A stretch of 39,944 bases of DNA from Polyangiales bacterium (GCA_045106895.1 JBGCFM010000187.1:1-39944), one strand, 5' to 3'; numbered from the stretch's first letter, positions 27,150-35,454 are shown. Numbers and translations: made by a program. The notes: a model not told the origin generated them from the letters alone.

Positions 27150-28247
27150 TTAGCGGGTCAGGCGCAGTTCAAGGCCGAGCGCGGCGCGGGGCGATATGGC
27201 CGGCGTGGTGTGCACAACGCTGCCCTGAAGAAGAAACCGAGGTCTTCGTAGTGGCATGAGCGCCCCGGCCTCCAGGTAGATCGAGAGACGTCCGATAAGG
27301 CCGACTTCACCGCGGATTCCAAGGTCGAGCCCGGCCCAGAATGAGCCCTCATCCCGCGGCTGATCAACGCCGCGACCGGTCGCTCGAACCACGCCTAGTT
27401 CCACCGCCGCGCATCCGCCGAGCCACAAGCGCCCGCTTGTCGTACCCCCACATGCGCCAAGACGGCCCGCTGCGAGTCCTAGCTCCGCGCTGGCGTCGTC
27501 GAGGGCTATATGTGCGATTCGACTGGCGAGCACACCGATGTCGAGGCGTACCCATCGCTTGCGAAGGTGCAGCCCGAGATCGACGGCGGCGCGCGGCGAA
27601 GGGAGCGCGCGCGCGTCAAAGCGTGCGCCTACATGTCCGCTTAGAGACCAACCCTCGGGCCACTCGAAGCGTGGGGACTCTGCCGAAGCGGTATTCACGG
27701 TTCCGCTATGGCGCACCTCACTCGGCTCGTGTGACTCGGGCGTGTTCGCGGCGGGCTCAGTTTCCGCATCAGTTTCCGCATCGGCGTTCGCGGCGAGTGC
27801 TGCTTCGGCTTCGATCGCAGCATCCCTCTGAACAAGGCGCTCCGAAACGGAGTCCGGCGCGGTGAGCTGCTCTGGACAGTCCGCTTCGCAGAACTCGGGC
27901 TGAGCGTCGAGCTGCGGAAGCTGCAGCTCCGCCGCCATCGTGACGACAACCATGGCCACTTCCACGAGGGCTTCGCAGGAGTCTCCAACCACGACGCGAT
28001 GCCAGCGTTCGTCGCCTCGCCGTAGCTCGAGGCGAAGCTGAAGTTGCTCTTCGATGGGCGAGACCGTCGCCTCCACGTCGAGACCCGGCGCCGAGACGCG
28101 CGCGAAGAGCGCATCGCCATCGTTGCACGTTGGTGGCCCACGCCACCGGCGCACCTGGGCTGCCGCCGAGCTTGGGTTCGAGAGATGCGCGGCGAACACC
28201 ATCATGGGTGCGAGTAGTCGAAGTCGGTGGAGCACCCTCGTGGACAC
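27150..28247 (-). CDS. Exported protein with a probable C-terminal 8-stranded outer-membrane beta-barrel
   Basis: Within ORF 27150..28400; GTG 28247 lies 7 nt after TAGGGT. Signal peptide ending in AAA-Q, a Cys-containing N-domain, an acidic linker, then about eight amphipathic Gly-rich strands. Confidence 0.7.
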   Translation of the reverse strand: MSTRVLHRLRLLAPMMVFAAHLSNPSSAAAQVRRWRGPPTCNDGDALFARVSAPGLDVEATVSPIEEQLQLRLELRRGDERWHRVVVGDSCEALVEVAMVVVTMAAELQLPQLDAQPEFCEADCPEQLTAPDSVSERLVQRDAAIEAEAALAANADAETDAETEPAANTPESHEPSEVRHSGTVNTASAESPRFEWPEGWSLSGHVGARFDARALPSPRAAVDLGLHLRKRWVRLDIGVLASRIAHIALDDASAELGLAAGRLGACGGTTSGRLWLGGCAAVELGVVRATGRGVDQPRDEGSFWAGLDLGIRGEVGLIGRLSIYLEAGALMPLRRPRFLLQGSVVHTTPAISPRAALGLELRLTR

Positions 28248-28352
28248 GCCTCGCACCCTACAGTTCGGCGAAACAGTGCGCACGTATTCGAGTGAGTCTC
28301 GTCTGTTCCACGACTCTCGCCGCATCGAAAAAAGACGCCATCGAAAATAAAA

Positions 28353-28381
28353 GTGACGAACGCCCGGCCTCGCCGCACTCA
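28353..28381 (+). promoter_or_regulatory. Putative ECF target promoter
   Basis: GTGACGAA-cgcccggcctcgcc-GCACTCA, 45 nt upstream of ATG 28427 and preceded by A-tracts. Boxes and 14-nt spacer length match 27060..27088. Confidence 0.75.
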
Positions 28382-28426
28382 CCCATCGACGTCGACCCAA
28401 ACTCTAGCGACTATCGAGGCACGAAC

Positions 28427-29248
28427 ATGCGACTTCTTCTTCTCAGCTTTCTTCTCGCCAAAGGCATGATGCCTTCTTGTAGCGATGACGTAGACCTCGG
28501 CAACGACGTCGACGCGACGGTGGCCGATGCTGGCTCCGTGGACTCCGCGACGCCGGACGCGTCCGCTCCAGATGCAGGCGAGCCCGACTCAGGCCTGACC
28601 TGCACCGGCGAGGCCGAATGCGGGCCAATTCCTCCAGGCCTTCCTTGTGGTGATATCAACGCCAGCGTGACCTGTGATGCCGTCGGCGGACGGTGCCAGT
28701 GGACCGACCACTGCCCTGCCGATGGCGAAGAATGTTCGGCGGGTTCCTGCGAAGGCCCGGAGCCGACGTGTGGGATCTTGGACCGGCCCGCTCCCCCCGC
28801 CGACCCTCTCCCCGCTCCTGAAACTCTCTGCATCGCCAATGAGCGGGTGTGCGCGTGGCAGGAGCCTTCGTGCGAATGTCAGCCAGAAGACTGCGGGGCA
28901 GAGCCAGGCGGAATCGCGTGTCCCGTTGCTTGCGAGCGTGACGACACGGATCGCTGCACTTGGGTGGCTCATTGCCCGGGTGAAGGCGAAGAGTGTGCAG
29001 AGGGCGCTTGCGGCGAGCTGCCCCCAACCTTGCCGTGCAGCGCGATCATGTCCACGGAGCAGACGGGCCGTTGCATCACCCTTGGCGGAAGCTGCCAGTG
29101 GGAACACGTCGAGTGTGGTTGCGAGGACTCGTTCTGCGGCGAACGTGGTCTGGCCCCGAACTGTGGCGACACGGCGATGCCGGCGTCTCCCGGGCCGTGC
29201 GAGCGCAACGAAGCGAGCGTGTGTGAATGGAGTTGGCTCTGCGAATAG
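28427..29248 (+). CDS. Cys-rich repeat putative lipoprotein
   Basis: GAGG RBS, MRLLLLSFLLAKGMMPSC followed by SDD (atypical lipobox), a DAG-type linker, and five degenerate C..CG..P...C...C....C.W...C repeats. Confidence 0.82.
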   Translation: MRLLLLSFLLAKGMMPSCSDDVDLGNDVDATVADAGSVDSATPDASAPDAGEPDSGLTCTGEAECGPIPPGLPCGDINASVTCDAVGGRCQWTDHCPADGEECSAGSCEGPEPTCGILDRPAPPADPLPAPETLCIANERVCAWQEPSCECQPEDCGAEPGGIACPVACERDDTDRCTWVAHCPGEGEECAEGACGELPPTLPCSAIMSTEQTGRCITLGGSCQWEHVECGCEDSFCGERGLAPNCGDTAMPASPGPCERNEASVCEWSWLCE

Positions 29249-29275
29249 CGTGAGTGAACGTTGCTCTCCGGAGCA

Positions 29276-29312
29276 GGACCCCGCATTGAGAAATCAGTGC
29301 GGGGTTCTTTTT
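29276..29312 (+). terminator. Rho-independent terminator
   Basis: GGACCCCGCATTGA-GAAA-TCAGTGCGGGGTTC followed by TTTTT, between convergent genes. Confidence 0.88.
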
Positions 29313-29322
29313 GCGTCGCCGC

Positions 29323-32300
29323 TCAGACGTTGAGTGAGCTGCGCATGTCGTGAAGCCACCCCTGCATGCCGGCGAGGCCGCGCGCTTCGTAGTCTGCGTT
29401 CACACCGTCGAGGATTGCCGCGATGACCTCAGGGTCCTCGCCCAAGTGGAGCCGCTCCAACGCCGGGCGCACGCTCACCCACGTGTCGACGTGCGAGCGT
29501 CGACCGGGCAGGCGCCGCGCCGCGCCGCGTTCAAAGAGTCGCAGCGCGGCCTTGGTCTTGCCTTGTCTTGCTTTGACCACCCCTCGCGCGACTTCTGTGC
29601 ACCCTTTGTAGAGCGGGAGCCGGTCCATGCTCCGAAAAGAACGAAGCACGCCCCGCAGTCGCCGGGGGAGGTGAGGCACCGCGGACTTTCCTTCGCTGTC
29701 CGCAAGACAGCAGAGTGATTCCATATGGCTCATTGGAAGGAGCCATCCCCAGCCTTCGCCGAGGCGGTGTTTCGTCAGCATGGATTGGGCGCGTTCGTAC
29801 CCTCTGGCGGCGTCGGCGAAGCGGCCTTCAAGAAAAGCGACTCCGGCGAGGCTCTCGATGGCGACCTCTTCGAAGATTGGGAAGCCATAGCGTAGATCGG
29901 AGGTGAGCACTTCCGTCGCCAACGCCCGGGCTTCGTCGAAACGACCCATGACGACGGCGGTGAGCATTCGTCCACACTTGGCGTCCGCCGCGAGCCAAAC
30001 TGCGCCGTGTTCCGTCGCGACCTCCTCCGCGTGTTGAAAGTCGTGCCGGGCGTCGGAGACGACGCCGACGAGCCCACGCAGCCAGCCGCGGCTCGACAAA
30101 GCGAAACTCAAGAGCGTTGGGTCGCCGGTCTGCGCCGCGAGCGCCACCGCTTCATCCAGTCGGACCACGGAGGTGACGGAATCCTCCAGCATGGCTTCGC
30201 AGGCACCTTGGATGATCGTCAGCCGTGCCAAGCCGTCGAGGTCGCCCGTCGCTTCCGCCAACTCACGGGCTCGGCGCTGCAAGTACCCGCCGGTTCCCGG
30301 GGCCGACTGCAAGGCAAACATCAAACTCCCGAAGGCGTTGGCATCGACGCGGAAGTGAGGGGCGCGCAAACGATGCGCCAATCGGTAGAAACGGGTGAGG
30401 TGAGCGGCGCCGTCGTACATGTCGATCCATCGGTAGAGCATCGACAGCTCTCGATGTACGATCGCGCGTTCCTCCAGCTGGCCGCCCTCGTGGCTGCCGG
30501 GGAAGAAGCGCCCGATGAATGCGCACGCTGCGTCCCAGCCGAGCCGCGCAAGGCGGCCCACGCGAGTGCGCGGGGTGGCGTCTCCCAGCAACACCAGGGA
30601 GCCCGACAAGGCCTCCAGCGCGCGAGTGGGCGTTGGGGTTCGCAAGTACACCAAGCCGCGCTTGCGAAGGAGGCGCGCCCGAACCGTGCGGGACCGCTCG
30701 GGCCGCTCCACCGCACGTAGTTCGGCCAGCGCGGCGCCGTGTGCGCCGGTGACGGCGAGGGCATCCGAATATGATTCTCTCAGCTCGTCGAGCTCGTCTG
30801 TGCGTGCGGGACTGTCCGGCATCGACTGCAGCCGGCGACATGCGGCGGCGAGATGGCGAGCGCGTGTTTGATGGTCCTGCGCCTTGTGCGCTTCTTTCGC
30901 GGCGGCTCGGAGGTGCAACACCGCCGTACTCGCGTCGCTCCCTTGTCCAAAGTGGTGCGCGAGCGTCGACAGCGGCGCGCCACGTCGCTTCCACTCTTCG
31001 CCAAGAGAATCATGGAGCGCGATGAGAGCGTCCCCCGGGGCGCTCTCGACGAGCCTCTCGTTGAGCGTCGCGTGCTCGAAACGGTAAGAGCGCGTGTGCT
31101 CCTCGGAACGGTTGTCCCATGGTGCGATCACCGCCACTCTCACGGCCTCCGCGAGAGCTTGCGCCACGTCCTTCTCCGAAGACGAAGTTGCCGGTGCAAG
31201 CATCGCAGCGTCGAAGTCTCGGCCCATCGCCGCGGCGGCGAGGAGTATCTTCTGTGTCGGTGCCGATATCGCCTGGAGCCGGCTGTCCAAGACCTCTGCC
31301 ATGGCGGGTCTTAGCTCGGCATCCACGCCCAGCGTCCAGGCGCCGTTTGTCCGGAGCAGATCGCCCCCATCGAGGAGTCTCTGCACGGCGCCGCGCAGGA
31401 GCAAGGGGTTACCTCCCGTCTCGGGCAATAAGTCGGAAACCAGCTTGGTCGGAAGCTCGCCCTGTCCAGCCCCAAGCAAGCGCTCGGCCAGCTGCGCCGT
31501 GGCTTCCTCATCGAGGGGAGCCACGCGATGTACCTCGCCGCCTGGAAGCTGACGGAGGCTCTCTTCGCTCTGCGGCCGAGCTGTCGCCAACACAAGCCAG
31601 GGCATCCCCGTGGCGAGGGGTTGCCAGTGTCGAAGGACCAGCAGCGCCGCGGCCGAAGCCTCGTGAAGATCCTCGACAAGAATACACAGTGGGCCAGGGC
31701 TCAGAGCACGAGCGGCGTCACACCATTGACTCGCGATGGCTCGCGCTGCGCGCTCCGCTCCATCGCCGGGGCGCGCGCTGGTGGTATGCGATGAGCCGGC
31801 GTCGACGTCTTCCGTCGACCCGCTTTGGGTCGCGTCTTTGTCCGCTCGTTTGGCGATGTCCTGGGCCAGGCGTGGAAAGGGCCAGAAAGGTGGGCCCCCA
31901 CCGCTGGGGATCGCGGGTGCCACGATGGTCTGCCAACCGGCACGCTCAAGTTGGCCTAGCAACCCGTGACACATCGTTGTCTTTCCAACGCCCGCGGGAC
32001 CCACGAAGCTGAGCGTTGCCGGCTCGAGCTCGTCACGGACATGCGCGCAGCGCTCGAGAAGTTTGCTTACCAGCGCGTCTCTCCCGACGAGCCCCGTGGG
32101 GAAGAGGCGAGGTGCCTCCGTGGAGTAGTCGCTTCCTTGGCGTTGGGCTTCAGGAGACAGCTCCGCGAGGATAGCTGTCAGGCGCTCGGCAACGGCGTGG
32201 GCGCTGCTGGGCCGAACTTCTTTGTCGCGAGCGAGGAGCGCGTCGGTGAGGTCGCAGAGGGAGGTCGGAGTTTGCGGTGCGCGAAGAGCAAGGGCCGGCG

Positions 32301-33207
32301 CGTCGCGCTGGGCTCGTCGCCACAGCCGAGCCATGAGCGTGCCGTGGAAAGGGGGGCGTCCGGTGACGAGGGTATGAATGAGACATCCGAATGCATAGAG
32401 ATCGGAGCGCGCGTCCAGGGCCTCGCCGCGGACCTGCTCTGGACTGAGGTAGTCGATGGTGCCGAGGAGCGCGCCGTCGCCGGTAAGCTCGGTCCCTTCC
32501 CGCATCCAAGTCTTCACGATTCCAAAGTCCGCAAGCTTGGGCCGAGGCGGCTCGTCTTCCGTCAGCAGTACGTTCGCGGGCTTGAGGTCTCGATGCACGA
32601 ACCCGCGCTCGTGAACATGCTCAAGTGCCGTCAAGAGCTGGATGAGGATCGGAAGTAGCTCACTCAGCGGCGCAAACGTCAGGCGCGAGAGGTCACCGCC
32701 GCCGACGAACTCGGTGACAAGAAAACGTCGCCCCAGCTCCACGAGGGGGAGCGCCTCCTCGACCACGCCTTCGGCCAACAGGCGCAGGCATCCGTCGTGC
32801 GACAACTTCGAGAGAGCAACAAACTCTCGTCGAAAGCGAACCTCGTGCTTTGGGTCGTGCATCAACCTGGGGTGGATGAGCTTGAGCGCCACGAAGCCGC
32901 CGTCGCGCAGGTCCTCCGCCTGCCAAACTTCCCCGCCGCTGCCCGCACCGATATGTGCGATGAGCCGCCAGCGAGCGGCAAGCACCTGGTCGGCGAGGCC
33001 CGGCAAGAACTGGGCTACGCCGCGTTCGTCATCGAGAAAGCTCGCCTGATCAGCGTCCGCGGCGAGCATCTTCTCCAGGTCGCTCACGAGCGCCGGAGAT
33101 TCCAGTTTTAGCGCCGAGAGTCGGCGGGACTTGGAGGTGGGGCTGAGGTCACACAGCTCGTCGAAGAGCGCCATGAGCTGCTTGTAGTTGTGTGCTGCGT
33201 CCGTCAT
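29323..33207 (-). CDS. Ser/Thr kinase + AAA_16/STAND-type NTPase + TPR-like helical repeats
   Basis: Start ATG 33207 (MTDAAHNYKQLMALFDELCDL, an N-terminal helix typical of ECF-associated kinases). Kinase motifs IGAGSGGEVW, VALK, HRDLKPAN, DFG, YLSPEQ. NTPase motifs LVGRD, GPAGVGKT, LVEDLH, TGGNPL, YRFEH. Long Ala/Leu-rich helical C-terminus. Confidence 0.92.
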   Translation of the reverse strand: MTDAAHNYKQLMALFDELCDLSPTSKSRRLSALKLESPALVSDLEKMLAADADQASFLDDERGVAQFLPGLADQVLAARWRLIAHIGAGSGGEVWQAEDLRDGGFVALKLIHPRLMHDPKHEVRFRREFVALSKLSHDGCLRLLAEGVVEEALPLVELGRRFLVTEFVGGGDLSRLTFAPLSELLPILIQLLTALEHVHERGFVHRDLKPANVLLTEDEPPRPKLADFGIVKTWMREGTELTGDGALLGTIDYLSPEQVRGEALDARSDLYAFGCLIHTLVTGRPPFHGTLMARLWRRAQRDAPALALRAPQTPTSLCDLTDALLARDKEVRPSSAHAVAERLTAILAELSPEAQRQGSDYSTEAPRLFPTGLVGRDALVSKLLERCAHVRDELEPATLSFVGPAGVGKTTMCHGLLGQLERAGWQTIVAPAIPSGGGPPFWPFPRLAQDIAKRADKDATQSGSTEDVDAGSSHTTSARPGDGAERAARAIASQWCDAARALSPGPLCILVEDLHEASAAALLVLRHWQPLATGMPWLVLATARPQSEESLRQLPGGEVHRVAPLDEEATAQLAERLLGAGQGELPTKLVSDLLPETGGNPLLLRGAVQRLLDGGDLLRTNGAWTLGVDAELRPAMAEVLDSRLQAISAPTQKILLAAAAMGRDFDAAMLAPATSSSEKDVAQALAEAVRVAVIAPWDNRSEEHTRSYRFEHATLNERLVESAPGDALIALHDSLGEEWKRRGAPLSTLAHHFGQGSDASTAVLHLRAAAKEAHKAQDHQTRARHLAAACRRLQSMPDSPARTDELDELRESYSDALAVTGAHGAALAELRAVERPERSRTVRARLLRKRGLVYLRTPTPTRALEALSGSLVLLGDATPRTRVGRLARLGWDAACAFIGRFFPGSHEGGQLEERAIVHRELSMLYRWIDMYDGAAHLTRFYRLAHRLRAPHFRVDANAFGSLMFALQSAPGTGGYLQRRARELAEATGDLDGLARLTIIQGACEAMLEDSVTSVVRLDEAVALAAQTGDPTLLSFALSSRGWLRGLVGVVSDARHDFQHAEEVATEHGAVWLAADAKCGRMLTAVVMGRFDEARALATEVLTSDLRYGFPIFEEVAIESLAGVAFLEGRFADAARGYERAQSMLTKHRLGEGWGWLLPMSHMESLCCLADSEGKSAVPHLPRRLRGVLRSFRSMDRLPLYKGCTEVARGVVKARQGKTKAALRLFERGAARRLPGRRSHVDTWVSVRPALERLHLGEDPEVIAAILDGVNADYEARGLAGMQGWLHDMRSSLNV

Positions 33208-33253
33208 CGGGAGGCCACCTGAGCACTCGGATTTGTCTTCGCCCAGCCGCCGC

Positions 33254-33784
33254 TCACTCGACCTCCACATCGAGTTGCATGCGTAACCAAGCGCGGGCTC
33301 GGCGCCATTCTCTCTCGACGCTCGCGGTGGAGGTCGAGAGCGCTTCGGCGACTTCTGTCGTTGTGAGTCCACAGAAGTACTTGAGCTCGACAATCGTCGC
33401 GGCGCGCGGGTTGTGCTCCGCGAGGTGGCCTACCGCTTGGTCGAGGGCGATGAGGTCCTCGCGCGGGATCGTCATTGGAGAGGCGGCTTCGCCCAGCGTG
33501 ATGTTGCGCTTGGCGCCTCCTCGCTTCGCGGCTCCCGAGCGCCGAAAGTAATCGATGAGGACCTGGCGCATGGTTCGCGCGCCGAGCGAGACGAAGTGGC
33601 CGTCGTTGGCGAGGACACCGGAATCGTAGTCCGCAAGTTTTAGATAGGCTTCGTGAACCAGCGCCGTTGCCTGAAGCGTTTGGCTTTCTGGCAGGCCTCG
33701 GAAGAACCCGTAGGCGATCTGCCGTAGCCGCTGGTAGTTCGCGTCGTTCCAATGCGGTCCTTTCCCAGCGTCGTTGGCGTTCAT
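33254..33784 (-). CDS. ECF sigma factor of the kinase-associated type (TIGR02999 / EcfK-EcfP-like)
   Basis: TLQATALVHEAYLKL in place of the DAED motif, MRQVLIDY.R...AAKRGG, VELKYFCGLT..EVAEAL..S..SVEREWRRARAWL. Confidence 0.93.
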   Translation of the reverse strand: MNANDAGKGPHWNDANYQRLRQIAYGFFRGLPESQTLQATALVHEAYLKLADYDSGVLANDGHFVSLGARTMRQVLIDYFRRSGAAKRGGAKRNITLGEAASPMTIPREDLIALDQAVGHLAEHNPRAATIVELKYFCGLTTTEVAEALSTSTASVEREWRRARAWLRMQLDVEVE

Positions 33785-33806
33785 TGGGCGTGAGACTACC
33801 AGTCTC

Positions 33807-33840
33807 TGGACGGGGACATCCTAAAAGATGTCCCGTCCCA
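33807..33840. terminator. Stem-loop between the lectin and ECF genes
   Basis: GGGACATC-CTAAAA-GATGTCCC core, extendable with GGAC/GTCC. No clear U tract. Confidence 0.45.
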
Positions 33841-33886
33841 GGCGTCTGTGCCCGCTAGCTGGAGGAGTACGGGGTGATGAAGGCGG

Positions 33887-34759
33887 CTATGGCGAGCCGA
33901 CGAACTCCTGATTGCCGCCAATACCGTTGCAGCCGTTCACCATGGCCATTCCGGTACGACCAAACGAATCGAGGCAGAGGCCGGAGGCGGGGTTCGCGTA
34001 GACTCCCCGTCTGTCGACGTCCCACCTTTGGTTGCCGCCTGCTCCGGTGCACGTATTCATCTGTGCCGACCCCAAGCGACCGAAGCTGTCGAGGCAGAGG
34101 CCCGAAGCTGGATTGCGTAGCTCGCCGGTCCGTGTGTTGAAAATGAACTCTTGGTTCCCGCGTTCGCCGTGACACGTGTTCATCTGCGCGGCACCGATTC
34201 TTCCAAAGGAGTCCAGGCACAGGTCGGAGGAGGGGTTTCGCATTTGCCCATAGGTCTGCTCTTCGAAGAAGTCGCAAAGCTCGCCGGAGTATCCTTCGTC
34301 GCAGGTGCACATGAACGAACCGCCGGAAGCAGCGCACGTGCCGTTGTCACCGCAGGGTGAAGCGGCGCAGACGTCCACCGTCTGACATTCGTCCCCGAGG
34401 AACCCGGCGGGACACATGCAGGAGTAGCTGCCGCCAGCTTCGGAGCACGACCCGCCGTTCATGCAAGGATTTGGGTCGCATGCCGTCATTTGGGGCCCGG
34501 CGTCTGTGCCCGCGTCCATCGCTCCGGCGTCCATCGCTCCGGCGTCGATCGCTCCAGCGTCCGGCATCGTGTTGCAGACGCACACGCTGAAGTCGCCGTC
34601 TGGCTGACATGATTGTGTTCCGATGGCGCCGGCTGGGCACACGCAAGCCTGTTGCTCGCCGGGGACCGGACAAGTTGTCGGGTCGTCTCCGCAGGCCGCC
34701 AGCGTTAGGGCAAGTGCCCCCATGATCATCGAGACGCGGCTGGGTAGGGAAAAGTTCAA
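33887..34759 (-). CDS. Lipoprotein with two EGF-like domains and a ricin-B (beta-trefoil) lectin domain
   Basis: TTG 34759 lies 6 nt after AAGGAG. Lipobox LAAC followed by GDD, a Cys module, DAGAM repeats, two 6-Cys EGF units (34271..34480) and three NPxSxLCLDSFGR...C.G..GNQ repeats (33890..34249). Confidence 0.9.
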   Translation of the reverse strand: MNFSLPSRVSMIMGALALTLAACGDDPTTCPVPGEQQACVCPAGAIGTQSCQPDGDFSVCVCNTMPDAGAIDAGAMDAGAMDAGTDAGPQMTACDPNPCMNGGSCSEAGGSYSCMCPAGFLGDECQTVDVCAASPCGDNGTCAASGGSFMCTCDEGYSGELCDFFEEQTYGQMRNPSSDLCLDSFGRIGAAQMNTCHGERGNQEFIFNTRTGELRNPASGLCLDSFGRLGSAQMNTCTGAGGNQRWDVDRRGVYANPASGLCLDSFGRTGMAMVNGCNGIGGNQEFVGSP

Positions 34760-34875
34760 AAGGTACTCCTTGTAGGGCGCGGTGACGCGCATGTTCACTC
34801 TCGGTACGTAAGCCCGGTGTGAATCCCATCAAGAAATGTCGAACACAGCGAAAATAGCCGCCCCCGAGTCGCCGT

Positions 34876-35454
34876 TTAGGGCGCGGGCTCTTCGTTTGGC
34901 GGCGGCGCCTCCCCCTCGAACATCGCCGGGTCTGGTCGGTGTTCCAGCTCCACGCCACGAGACGTAAACCCAACGTAGCCCGCGCCAATCTGCGTGGTCA
35001 TGACCGCTTCGGCGAGGAGCGAGTGAGCATCGGCAGGCCCCTCCCAGTAGACCAAGAAGTTCGCGCCGGAACCGCCAGCGTCATCCGTCGCCGCGACCGT
35101 AAACTCCGCGGTCTCGAGAGGCCGTAGCTCTCTTGGCGCGCTCAGGTAGCGCCGTACGCGATGCCCTGAGGTGTCGAAATACTCGACGTGCGTCAACGTG
35201 ATCGAGGCCCGAGAGTCGACGTTGCGCAGACTTAGCAATATCGCGACGAGGTGAGGCGAGCCCGTACCTTGATTTGGCAGGTTTGAGTACGCGGGCACGT
35301 AGACCGTGCGCAAGCGAGCCTCTCCCCTTGGCGCGGCTTGAGCCGGAGGCTCCGGACTCTCGACCTCACTCTCCGTGACAACGGGCTCCTCTCCACACCC
35401 GCAGAGCACCAGACAGAGGATGAGTGATCGGTGAAACGAGCTTCGCAAGGTCAT
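34876..35454 (-). CDS. DUF3124 domain lipoprotein
   Basis: Lipobox LCGC, TVYVPAYS, LSLRNVD, VEYFDTSG, D.AGGSGANFLVYW, EAVM, FTSRG. Confidence 0.88.
   Translation of the reverse strand: MTLRSSFHRSLILCLVLCGCGEEPVVTESEVESPEPPAQAAPRGEARLRTVYVPAYSNLPNQGTGSPHLVAILLSLRNVDSRASITLTHVEYFDTSGHRVRRYLSAPRELRPLETAEFTVAATDDAGGSGANFLVYWEGPADAHSLLAEAVMTTQIGAGYVGFTSRGVELEHRPDPAMFEGEAPPPNEEPAP

Noticed and set aside
33208..33393. N-terminal extension of the 1356-aa kinase ORF overlapping the ECF gene
   Set aside because: It overlaps the sigma CDS in another frame. The family-typical kinase N-terminus begins at ATG 33207.
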